From NCBI GenBank assembly GCA_016187175.1, contig JACPKG010000016.1, positions 1 to 53,234 of the forward strand: a stretch of DNA of 53,234 nt, in the 5' to 3' direction. Origin of the DNA: Candidatus Saccharimonadota bacterium. GTDB lineage: Bacteria > Patescibacteriota > Saccharimonadia > Saccharimonadales > UBA10212. The notes beneath the pieces are model-generated. The model made no database searches. It saw only the letters and a list, made by a program, of their open reading frames with translations, and was not told the origin of the DNA. The position numbers and the translations under genes are program-made. Positions 41,885 through 50,330 of this stretch are shown here, piece after piece (the stretch's first letter is position 1; every line of letters begins with the position of its first letter).

Positions 41885-43399
41885 ATGAGACGGTTTCGGC
41901 GGACAACTTTGATTCTATTTTTCTGTCTGGCTGTTCTGGCCGGTCTCGGCTTGTCCCGAAAAATAAATCTTGAACCGCCAGTTTGGACCTCATCACCGAT
42001 TGCATTTTGCTTGTCCGCCATAGCCTTGGCGGCGGGCTTATTGCTGCTCAAGCCTAAAAATTTAGCCAGTCTATTGTTAATTTTATTTTTAGGCTTGAGC
42101 CTTGGCCTGTGGCGTGGCAGTATTTACATGCAAAAATTGGGCGAGCTCAAGGCAATAACTGGTCAGCAGGTAACGGTCGAGGCAACTGCTACCAGCGACG
42201 CGATTTATGCTGCCGGCTCCCAACTGGAATTCACGGCAGGCCACGCCCACCTCTTGCAGGGATTCTTGCAGGGATTGTCCCTGCAAGAGGGACAATCCCT
42301 GCAGGGCAAGGAGTTGGCGGGTAGTTTTAAGGTCAGCGGTTTTGGCGAGCCAATGATTTACCGCGGCGACCGAGTGCAAATTAGTGGCAAACTCTATCCA
42401 ATGCGCGGATCCAACCAGGCCCGCATTGCTTACGCCCAGCTTAAACGTACTGGGCTAGACAGTAGCTGGATCAATAACTTTACGCGTCGACTGAGTGCTG
42501 GTATGCAAACGGCTCTACCCGAACCAAATTCATCCTTCGGAATGGGTCTGCTGATTGGCCAACGCAATACCTTGCCCAGCGAACTGACAAACCAACTAGT
42601 AATGGTTGGCTTAGTACACATTGTGGCTGTATCAGGCTATAATCTGACTATTTTGGTCCGTGCCATGGCCAAACTTAAACTTGGTTCTAAATACCAGCGG
42701 CTACTTGCCAGCCTGGCTTTGATTGGCGTTTTTATCCTGATGACCGGCTTTGCCGCCTCGATTGTCCGGGCGGCGATTGTATCGATCTTGAGTCTTTGGG
42801 CCTGGTATTATGGGCGCAAAATCCGGCCGATATTAATTTTGGCTTTCACAGCCGCCATCACCGCTTTAGTCAACCCTTTTTATATCTGGGGAGATTTGGG
42901 CTGGTACTTATCGTTCCTGGCCTTTTTTGGCGTTTTAATTATCGCGCCACTGGCCGCCAAGCGATTTTTTAAAAAACGACCCAGATTACTTGGCATGATA
43001 GTTTTAGAAACACTGGCTGCGGAAGTTATGACCTTGCCGCTAATTATGGCCACGTTTGGCCAGTTGTCTTTAATTGGATTGCTGGCTAATGCCATCGTTG
43101 TGCCACTAATTCCGTTCACCATGCTATTCGGCGTGATTGCTGGCACCGCCGGTATGTTACTGCCAGCGCTGGCCGGCTGGTTTACCTGGCCGGCCAATAT
43201 GTTGCTGACTTTCATCTTGGATATGGTAAAAATCTTCGCGGCTATTCCTGAAAGTTTCCAACGGGTTTCAATCAACTTAATGGCAATGCTTAGCTTGTAC
43301 CTTGTGGCCTTAGTCCTGGTGGTTATTTTGCACCACCGCGTTAAAAAGAGCTCCGCTGACAGAACAGAACTAACACAAGATTTTATCGCCGGGCGTTAA
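41885..43399 (+). CDS. comEC: DNA internalization competence protein ComEC/Rec2 (no beta-lactamase domain)
   Basis: DUF4131-like N-terminus and Competence domain (LVMVGLVHIVAVSGYNLTIL). Many TM helices. Start uncertain (TTG 41858 or ATG 41885). Confidence 0.8.
   Translation: MRRFRRTTLILFFCLAVLAGLGLSRKINLEPPVWTSSPIAFCLSAIALAAGLLLLKPKNLASLLLILFLGLSLGLWRGSIYMQKLGELKAITGQQVTVEATATSDAIYAAGSQLEFTAGHAHLLQGFLQGLSLQEGQSLQGKELAGSFKVSGFGEPMIYRGDRVQISGKLYPMRGSNQARIAYAQLKRTGLDSSWINNFTRRLSAGMQTALPEPNSSFGMGLLIGQRNTLPSELTNQLVMVGLVHIVAVSGYNLTILVRAMAKLKLGSKYQRLLASLALIGVFILMTGFAASIVRAAIVSILSLWAWYYGRKIRPILILAFTAAITALVNPFYIWGDLGWYLSFLAFFGVLIIAPLAAKRFFKKRPRLLGMIVLETLAAEVMTLPLIMATFGQLSLIGLLANAIVVPLIPFTMLFGVIAGTAGMLLPALAGWFTWPANMLLTFILDMVKIFAAIPESFQRVSINLMAMLSLYLVALVLVVILHHRVKKSSADRTELTQDFIAGR
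42253..42310. repeat. in-frame tandem and palindromic insertion in comEC
   Basis: CTTGCAGGGATT x2, then a perfect 15-bp hairpin GCAGGGATTGTCCCT (42268-42282) / AGGGACAATCCCTGC (42288-42302). Encodes LLQGFLQGLSLQEGQSLQG. Confidence 0.7.
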
Positions 43400-44001
43400 C
43401 GGCAGGCGCGGCGTGATTTTGGCGAGGAGCCATCATTATATTCTGCCACAAGTGTTACGCAGAATTTACCGGCCTTTTTTGATACTTCTAAGACCTTGAC
43501 AGTTTCAGATTTACTTGGCCGTTCTTGCGTCCCCTGCTCAAGTTGTATATTTAACACAACGCCTTGATCGCTAGTGTAACCGCTACCGTTCGAACCGATG
43601 GCTTCAAAAGCCCGGTTATTTTGGGTGAATTCATTTTTACTGTTTTTGGTTGCGGAAATGTATACTGCAACACCAGTTCGACAGTTATTGCTGCCACCTA
43701 TATTTGCTTTAAAGCCCTGGCCGGACCCTATTCCGGGTATTTCAACATTAGCCGCGTGAATACTGATCTCTGGAGGGAGTAGTTTCCTAGGGCATTTACC
43801 GGCAATTTCATACTCATCGAGATTTTGTAAGGATCTATTAAGCTCAATTTCGTCAGATTGTGTAGGACTCTCTCTGGAGTCTGAACCCTTTGGATACAAG
43901 AACTTTGGTTTGGCCGCGGCTAATGAACCAGCCGCAAGCGCCAAGGCGACTCCGGATCCGCTTAGTAGCCAGGGATATTTTTCTCTTAAAAATCTGTTCA
44001 T
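43396..44001 (-). CDS. secreted/lipoprotein-like hypothetical protein
   Basis: Signal-peptide-like N-terminus (MNRFLREKYPWLLSGSGVALALAAGSLAAA). No family recognised. Confidence 0.55.
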   Translation of the reverse strand: MNRFLREKYPWLLSGSGVALALAAGSLAAAKPKFLYPKGSDSRESPTQSDEIELNRSLQNLDEYEIAGKCPRKLLPPEISIHAANVEIPGIGSGQGFKANIGGSNNCRTGVAVYISATKNSKNEFTQNNRAFEAIGSNGSGYTSDQGVVLNIQLEQGTQERPSKSETVKVLEVSKKAGKFCVTLVAEYNDGSSPKSRRACR

Positions 44002-44136
44002 GCCCAATAAAAAAACCTCAAGATCATAATTGAAGATTACAAATCAATATGACATAAAAAGTATAAAAAAGCAATAACATGATAACACCTTGAGGCCAAT
44101 ACTTAACACCTTAGAATATGATAGAATAAACCAGAT

Positions 44137-44868
44137 ATGTCTGGACATAGTAAATGGGCAACAATTAGGCGCCAGAAAGAAGCCACCGACGCTAAACGCG
44201 GCGCTCTGTTTACTAAACTTGGCAACCAGATAGCCATAGCCGCGCGTGGCGGCACTGACCCAAACCAAAATTCGGCGCTGGCCATGGCTGTTGAAAAAGC
44301 CAAAGCCGCCAATATGCCGATGAACAATATCGAACGTTCTATCCAACGCTCGGCCGATAAATCCGCCGCCCAGTTAGAAGAAATCATGTACGAGGGCTAC
44401 GGCCCGGGCAGTATAGCTATTTTGGTAGAGATAGCAACCGATAACAAAAACCGCACCTATCCCGAAGTTCGCTCGGCCTTCGCCAAAAACGGCGGGCATC
44501 TGGCTGCACCTGGTAGTGTAGCCTTCCAATTCAGCCGTAAGGGAATGATAAGAGTTAAGGGAACCGGCGAGGAATTGCAGCTGCAAGCTATCGAAGCCGG
44601 CGCCGAAGACGTTTATGAAGAGTCAGAAAACAGCGAGACTGTGATTTATACTGCCCCGAGCGACCTTGCCAAAGTGCGTGAGGCAATGAAAGCCGCGGAC
44701 GCTGAAATTGTTGAAGCGGGGTTAAGTTACGTACCAAACAACGTGCTTAAAGTCGAAGATCCCGAAACCGCCCGCAAGATAGTCAACCTCATGACCGCCC
44801 TGGAGGATTTGGATGACGTCACCGCCACTCACACCAACTTCGACATATCGGAAAACATCAAGGTCTAA
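44137..44868 (+). CDS. yebC: YebC/PmpR-family DNA-binding regulator
   Basis: MSGHSKWATIRRQKEATDAKRGALFTKL is the family signature. Confidence 0.9.
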   Translation: MSGHSKWATIRRQKEATDAKRGALFTKLGNQIAIAARGGTDPNQNSALAMAVEKAKAANMPMNNIERSIQRSADKSAAQLEEIMYEGYGPGSIAILVEIATDNKNRTYPEVRSAFAKNGGHLAAPGSVAFQFSRKGMIRVKGTGEELQLQAIEAGAEDVYEESENSETVIYTAPSDLAKVREAMKAADAEIVEAGLSYVPNNVLKVEDPETARKIVNLMTALEDLDDVTATHTNFDISENIKV

Positions 44869-44870
44869 AA

Positions 44871-45518
44871 ATGCGCTTGTTTTTATCATCACAAGACTTT
44901 GGCAACTATCCGGAAGTGGCGGCTAAGTTGGCTGGGAAGAATAAAAAAGCAGCTTATATTAAGAATGCTCAAGATGACTTACCGCCAAAAGAAAGAAATT
45001 TTAGTACGCCGGAAAAGAAAAAAATGTTTGAAGCAGCAGGTTTTGAATTTGAGGAGCTGGACCTACGTGATTATTTTGGGGAGCCGGATAAATTACTTAA
45101 CAAGTTAGGTAATTTTGGGTCTTTTTGGTCTTCGGGTGGTAATACTTTTATTTTGCGTCGGGCGATGAAAGCCAGTGGCCTGGATGAGGTCTTTCAAAAA
45201 TTACTGAAAGAAGACAAGATAATGTACGGCGGTTGGAGCGCCGGGGCGTGCGTAGCAGCTCCTTCGCTGCACGGCATCGAATATGGCGACAGACCTCAGC
45301 CAAATGTAGTACCTAAGAATTACCCAATCAAAGATACGATTTGGGAGGGCCTTAATTTAGTACCTTTCATGGTTGTCCCGCATTATAAGTCAGACTGGTT
45401 TGGTGCCGAGGCCGATAGGTCACTAACATACTTTAAAAGACACAAAATACCGTGTAGGCCGTTACAGGACGGCCAGGTTATCGTCGTGAGCGACAGGAAA
45501 GTTGAGTTTTTAAAGTGA
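44871..45518 (+). CDS. peptidase S51 (dipeptidase E-like)
   Basis: SSGGNTFILRRAM and GWSAGACVAAP (nucleophile Ser) motifs. Confidence 0.75.
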   Translation: MRLFLSSQDFGNYPEVAAKLAGKNKKAAYIKNAQDDLPPKERNFSTPEKKKMFEAAGFEFEELDLRDYFGEPDKLLNKLGNFGSFWSSGGNTFILRRAMKASGLDEVFQKLLKEDKIMYGGWSAGACVAAPSLHGIEYGDRPQPNVVPKNYPIKDTIWEGLNLVPFMVVPHYKSDWFGAEADRSLTYFKRHKIPCRPLQDGQVIVVSDRKVEFLK

Positions 45519-46006
45519 GAATTATAGGCATTGATCCGGGGACGGGGATTTTGGGTTTTGGCGTCATCGACGTCGATAACTCCTCTAAGGGTACGACCCT
45601 TAGGTATAAGTTGGTTGACGGTGGCGTTATCCGGACGCCGACCAAAGAGGGTGATGCCGATCAGCTAGGTATTATTTTTGAAGAGCTAACCGACATAATC
45701 GCTTCCTGCAAGCCTTCGGAAATGGCTGTCGAAAAATTGTTTTTTGCTCAGAACGTCACTACTGCGATGACCGTAGCCCAAGCCAGAGGAGTGGCAATTG
45801 TGGCCGGCAAACAAGCCGGGCTAAAAATTGCCGAATATACACCGCTGCAAATTAAGCAGGCCTTAACTGGTTACGGCCGAGCCGACAAGAAACAGATGCA
45901 GGAAATGGTCCGGGTGTTGTTGGGACTTAAAGAAATTCCCAAGCCCGACGACTGTGCGGATGCCTTGGCCTGTGCCATAACCCACGCCATGACATCCAAG
46001 ATATAG
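45515..46006 (+). CDS. ruvC: crossover junction endodeoxyribonuclease RuvC
   Basis: (V)RIIGIDPGTGILGFGVI, EKLFFAQNVTTAM and DDCADALACAITHA catalytic motifs. GTGA overlap with the upstream gene. Confidence 0.9.
   Translation: MRIIGIDPGTGILGFGVIDVDNSSKGTTLRYKLVDGGVIRTPTKEGDADQLGIIFEELTDIIASCKPSEMAVEKLFFAQNVTTAMTVAQARGVAIVAGKQAGLKIAEYTPLQIKQALTGYGRADKKQMQEMVRVLLGLKEIPKPDDCADALACAITHAMTSKI
45585..45603. repeat. palindromic unit CTAAGGGTACGACCCTTAG, in frame in ruvC
   Basis: Same AGGGT-NNN-ACCCT core as 6440-6460 and 26831-26870. Encodes SKGTTLR in a loop that is shorter in E. coli RuvC as I recall it. Confidence 0.65.
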
Positions 46007-46035
46007 AAGCCCTCGCCTTGTGCGATAATTAAAAT

Positions 46036-46608
46036 ATGATTTCGAAGCTGGAAGGCAAGGTGGCCGAGAAAATTGGCGAGGTTGTTGTTATTGACTGCGG
46101 CGGGGTAGGTTATGGAGTGCTGGTTCCTTTTGAAGATTTTGGCGCGCTACATAATGGTGAAAAAGCCAAACTTTATATCTACGAGAGTATTCGCGACAAC
46201 GCACACGATTTATTCGGTTTTCGCAACCTTGAGGCTAAGCAACTCTTTGAGCAATTACTAAGTGTTAAGGGCGTAGGACCAAAAATGGCCTTGGCGATTT
46301 TAAGTGTGGCGTCGCTTTCACGCGTTCGGCAAGCAATCGCCGCTGGCGACATAAAATTCCTATCTCAATCAAAGGGTGTAGGCAAACGGGCCGCCGAGCG
46401 GGTAGTGGTCGACCTTAAAGACAAAGTCGGGCTAACAGCCAGCCAAGATGCCACGGAATTCCTAACTACGTCAGCCGACCCCAGTGATGAAGCTCTCCAG
46501 GGGTTAGTAGCTCTGGGTTACTCGGTTGCCGACGCTGCCGAAGCTTTGAAAAAAGTTGATCAAGAACTGCCACCGGCCGAGCGTATTAAACAAGCCCTTA
46601 AATCCTAA
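46036..46608 (+). CDS. ruvA: Holliday junction DNA helicase subunit RuvA
   Basis: MISKLEGKV...VIDCGGVGYGV OB domain, HhH motifs (LLSVKGVGPKMALAIL; KGVGKRAAERVV) and domain III. Confidence 0.9.
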   Translation: MISKLEGKVAEKIGEVVVIDCGGVGYGVLVPFEDFGALHNGEKAKLYIYESIRDNAHDLFGFRNLEAKQLFEQLLSVKGVGPKMALAILSVASLSRVRQAIAAGDIKFLSQSKGVGKRAAERVVVDLKDKVGLTASQDATEFLTTSADPSDEALQGLVALGYSVADAAEALKKVDQELPPAERIKQALKS

Positions 46609-46617
46609 AAGAATGGC

Positions 46618-46851
46618 TTGACATTGAAGCCTGAATCCAGCAGTCCAAGTGTAGACGAACAACATGACTTTATTAATCGTTTTGTGCATGTCAATGGATA
46701 CGGTGGCTACAGCGAGGCTCGGCAGGCTTGGGCTCGCCGGCAGCAATATCTTGATGCAATAAACTCTAAAGGGATGGACGCAGGGACTTATTTGCAACAC
46801 TATCCTGATCCTGATCTTCGTGATGAGTTCCAAAAACTGGAGTTGATATAG
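46618..46851 (+). CDS. doubtful hypothetical ORF (77 aa, TTG start)
   Basis: Track ORF only. No SD or motif. Confidence 0.25.
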   Translation: MTLKPESSSPSVDEQHDFINRFVHVNGYGGYSEARQAWARRQQYLDAINSKGMDAGTYLQHYPDPDLRDEFQKLELI

Positions 46852-46991
46852 GATATCTGAATGAGTTCTTTAGGGTCGCTGGTTTGAAAGAACGAACTTT
46901 GGTGGTCCTTAACTGAACAGGTCTGGAACTACATTGTATCAAGCAAGCCTCTATTACTTGTACCAAGCTACACTGACGGAGTAAGATTGAC

Positions 46992-48890
46992 ATGATGAGG
47001 TTTACAAAGTTTCATATTGAAAACTATAAAGGCATAGACAGCGTTGATGTCGTTTTAGATGCTTATGAGGGCGGTAATGTTCTAACATTGGTGGGGCTTA
47101 ATGAGAGTGGTAAAACCACAGTTTTAGATGGCATTTACTTCTTTCAGAGAGACGAACTACCAGAGTCGAAACGCTTTCAGTTAATCCCAAAGAAGTACGG
47201 CCACAACTTCAGTGGAGATATTTTAACTTCAGCATCAATGGTTCTTGATGACGAGGACGAAAAGAAAATCAAAAAATTTGCCGCAGAACAAGCCTACTTC
47301 CGTATCAATCCTGCTTATAAGATAAAAGAGATAGTTATAAGTAAGAGATATCACTTCAAAGCCTCTACTTACACAGGGTCGTCGTTTAGCTATGGTTTTA
47401 AGATAGTTGGACAAGCACTAAGAGCAAAAGACAAAAAATTTCAAACTCTATCCCTAACAGATCAGAAATATGAAAAAATTGGTAATTATATACACAAAAA
47501 TCTTTGCCCAACCATGATTTATTATCAAAACTTCTTATTTGACTTCCCTCTCAAAATATACCTTGAGAGTTTCGCAAAAGAACCGAAAGGACAGGATATA
47601 TATAGACAGGTTGTCCAAGATATACTTCACTCAATAGATGAAACTCTTGACCTTAAAGAGAATGTACTTAAGCGATTGCAGACTGGCACAGACGAAAGTA
47701 AAAGTGCATTAAATCAAACCATCAATCTTATGGGGAACGCTATAACAACTGAGATTATTGACTCATGGGGAGACATTTTTGATGATGATTGGCAGGGTAA
47801 AGAAATATCTATAGTTGATGGTATAGATCAGATCGAAGAAGAAGTCGAGGTCTCTCCTGCCGTGCCTGCTTCTGGAGATACACCTGCCACTCCAGCTAAA
47901 AAGGAAGTCCGTAATCGACCTGTGCATTATCTTCAGTTTAAGCTCAAAGACGGAACTAATTTGTTTGAGATCGCCGAAAGAAGCCTCGGTTTCAAATGGT
48001 TCTTCGCCTTTCTCCTTTTTACAAAATTCAGATTAAGTAGAATGACAGATCCAGGCGAAACCCTTTTCTTGCTCGATGAGCCTGCATCAAACCTTCACTC
48101 AACTGCACAACAAAAGTTAACCCATGTATTTGAAAAATTAACTAGTCAGAAAAACCCAGCCAAGTTAATTTTTTCAACACATAGCCACCATTTAGTCCGA
48201 TCCGAATGGCTTGAGACAGCTTCTATAGTTCAGAACACAGCAATTGATTATGAACAGTCTGGCATGTCTGCCGACAAAAAAGATACAAAAGTTAAACTGA
48301 CCTCCTATAAGCGTTTTGTGGCTGCTCACCCAAATCAAACTTCTTATTTTCAGCCTATTTTAGACAGTTTGGACTATAAACCAAGTGAACTCGAGTTAGT
48401 GCCAAATATAGTGATCGTTGAGGGCAAGCATGATTTCTATACATTCAAATATATGAATGAGATTATGGGCATTGGTAAAAATGCACCCAATTTATATCCA
48501 GGTAATGGGTGCGGACAAAATGATAGAGTAATTAGGCTTTATGAGGCTTGGGGTAAAAACTATCTTGTGCTACTGGACTCTGATCCCGCAGGTAAAAGTG
48601 CCATTAAGAAATACGCTCAAGAAATTGGTGACTTTGTCGATGGCAAAATATACGGGCTTCAAGATGTTTCCGCTTCTTTTAAAGGAGTGGAGACAGAGAA
48701 ACTATTCTCCGATACAGACGCTTTACTGGTTATTAAGACTCTAGATCCTCAAGCAAAACAGTTTTCTAAAGCTAAGTTTAATGAAGCAATTAAAAATCTT
48801 CTCTTCCAAAAGAAGAAAATTAAACTTTCCAAGACAACTACAAACCGCTTTGAGAAAATATACAAGTTCCTCGCTGAAAAGATAAAATGA
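46992..48890 (+). CDS. OLD-family nuclease: N-terminal ABC-type ATPase fused to a C-terminal TOPRIM domain (candidate anti-phage defence protein)
   Basis: Walker A LVGLNESGKTTVLDG; signature-like ERSLGFKWFFAF; Walker B/D-loop TLFLLDEPASNLH; H-loop FSTHSHHL. TOPRIM Glu (IVIVEGKHDFYTF) and DxD (LVLLDSDPAGKSA). Visibly more A+T-rich than the flanking genes. Confidence 0.8.
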   Translation: MMRFTKFHIENYKGIDSVDVVLDAYEGGNVLTLVGLNESGKTTVLDGIYFFQRDELPESKRFQLIPKKYGHNFSGDILTSASMVLDDEDEKKIKKFAAEQAYFRINPAYKIKEIVISKRYHFKASTYTGSSFSYGFKIVGQALRAKDKKFQTLSLTDQKYEKIGNYIHKNLCPTMIYYQNFLFDFPLKIYLESFAKEPKGQDIYRQVVQDILHSIDETLDLKENVLKRLQTGTDESKSALNQTINLMGNAITTEIIDSWGDIFDDDWQGKEISIVDGIDQIEEEVEVSPAVPASGDTPATPAKKEVRNRPVHYLQFKLKDGTNLFEIAERSLGFKWFFAFLLFTKFRLSRMTDPGETLFLLDEPASNLHSTAQQKLTHVFEKLTSQKNPAKLIFSTHSHHLVRSEWLETASIVQNTAIDYEQSGMSADKKDTKVKLTSYKRFVAAHPNQTSYFQPILDSLDYKPSELELVPNIVIVEGKHDFYTFKYMNEIMGIGKNAPNLYPGNGCGQNDRVIRLYEAWGKNYLVLLDSDPAGKSAIKKYAQEIGDFVDGKIYGLQDVSASFKGVETEKLFSDTDALLVIKTLDPQAKQFSKAKFNEAIKNLLFQKKKIKLSKTTTNRFEKIYKFLAEKIK

Positions 48891-49228
48891 CCTCAAAAAT
48901 AACTCAGCTAAAAGAGTTTTACATTAAGTATTTTCAAGATGTGCCTGTACAAAAATATGCAGCGATGTACATAGGCCGTGATGAAGACACGATAATTAGG
49001 TGGCGACAATCTGATACTAAATTTGCGGAGTCAATACAGAGAGCAAAAGCGGAATGGATCCGCAAAAGACTTCTAGCTACGAAGGCAGAGTTTGCACTAG
49101 AGCGGCTTGAAAAAAATGTGTTTAGCCCAAAAATGCTTGATGAGAGAGATTATAGTGCTGGTATCGTAATTTATCGGCCAGAACGCTACCCTAGAGGATA
49201 TGACGGCCAGGCAAAACAACCTCAATGA
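48887..49228 (+). CDS. small putative HTH DNA-binding protein (terminase-small/transposase-HTH-like), translationally coupled to the OLD gene
   Basis: ATGA start/stop overlap with the OLD gene. YAAMYIGRDEDTIIRWRQSDTKFAESIQRAKAEW resembles phage HTH modules. Confidence 0.55.
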   Translation: MTSKITQLKEFYIKYFQDVPVQKYAAMYIGRDEDTIIRWRQSDTKFAESIQRAKAEWIRKRLLATKAEFALERLEKNVFSPKMLDERDYSAGIVIYRPERYPRGYDGQAKQPQ

Positions 49229-49242
49229 GCTAGTCTAGTCGA

Positions 49243-49785
49243 TCAGAGCCAATTTAGTCTACGACCACGAACTATGTAGACAAGGACAGCCTTTACTATT
49301 TCAATGGCTGCAATACCTATCCCAGCCACAATTAGTGCGTCCTTGGTCGGGTTGGCAGAGTTCTTTAGAGTCTGAAAGACAAATTGAGTTCGATAGGGCT
49401 GGCTCTTAGACTGTATGTATTCATTGATTTCAGCGTCACTGTAGCCGTTGTCTCGAGCAGACTGAATGAATTGATTTAGATTAGGATTTGATAATGCAGA
49501 ATTACAGGCGTTCTTCGCCTTAGTTTCATCTGACGAATAAAGACTGGTCGAGGATTGGGAATAGCTTAACCCGATAATCCCCAAACCACTAAACGAATAG
49601 CTATGGCCGTCAGCACATATTATTTGACTTTTTTGTAAATCGACTGATGAATAGGTTTGATTGCCGCTTGAATATATTGCCCAAGTTATTAAGGCCAATG
49701 CTAGGTAAGCAAAGACATATGCCACCTTCAAGAAGCGGTGCCACCATCGCTCATAGTTTTGTTGATCCAACGCTGCTTTACTCAT
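49243..49785 (-). CDS. hypothetical membrane protein (N- and C-terminal TM helices)
   Basis: Start moved to ATG 49785 (GGGAGG SD 9 nt upstream). No family recognised. Confidence 0.5.
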   Translation of the reverse strand: MSKAALDQQNYERWWHRFLKVAYVFAYLALALITWAIYSSGNQTYSSVDLQKSQIICADGHSYSFSGLGIIGLSYSQSSTSLYSSDETKAKNACNSALSNPNLNQFIQSARDNGYSDAEINEYIQSKSQPYRTQFVFQTLKNSANPTKDALIVAGIGIAAIEIVKAVLVYIVRGRRLNWL

Positions 49786-49808
49786 AAAGGACAACCTCCC
49801 TCTAGGTT

Positions 49809-49911
49809 GTCGAGACCAGCAACAGCTTGCGCCAATTGCGTTCGAGGAAAGTTGCCCATTTCTTGGCGCAAGCTACCTCGATAGGTATAAAAAACCGCTG
49901 CTAGTCTCGAC
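49809..49911. repeat. nested inverted repeats (about 103-nt compound hairpin)
   Basis: Outer arms GTCGAGACCAGCA / TGCTAGTCTCGAC (12 of 13). Inner arms AGCTTGCGCCA (49824-49834) / TGGCGCAAGCT (49864-49874). Confidence 0.55.
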
Positions 49912-50330
49912 AGATATAGCATAGTTCGCTAGAGCAAAAGAAGCAACGAAAAAGGTTCAAAAAATGCTATAATGTAGTTACAACTTATTAAACAGAACTG
50001 CATAAGCGGTCTAATTCGGCAAAGTGCCGAGGAAGGCTGCTTTTTATGTTTAACCCACACAGGAGCAGAAATAATATTTCCTAATGGCGCTGGCAAAAGT
50101 GGCCATGCTACCAAAAAATAGAAACAGTCTTGAGGCTTTAAATACTAACACACAAACACTGTTCAACTTCTTAGTCCTAATAACCGATATTCAGTACCGT
50201 ATTAAGTATGGGCGATCTCTGGAATGGGATAGGGGTAAAGGTTATAGTAAAGATATGAATAGTAGCTTTCCAGATCAGATACCTTCCGTTGACAACGGTC
50301 TGGAAAGCGTTGCTCAACGGAGGATATCTG

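Noticed and set aside
44044-44387. Minus-strand ORFs (44044-44346, 44103-44387) overlapping the yebC start.
   Set aside because: Antisense to the strongly conserved YebC N-terminus.
46860-46890. GGGTCGCTGGTTTGAAAGAAC as a tRNA T-arm remnant marking the left att site of the island.
   Set aside because: Only a loose resemblance to GGTTCGAAT. There is no match to the tRNA-Met sequence, and serine recombinases do not need long repeats.
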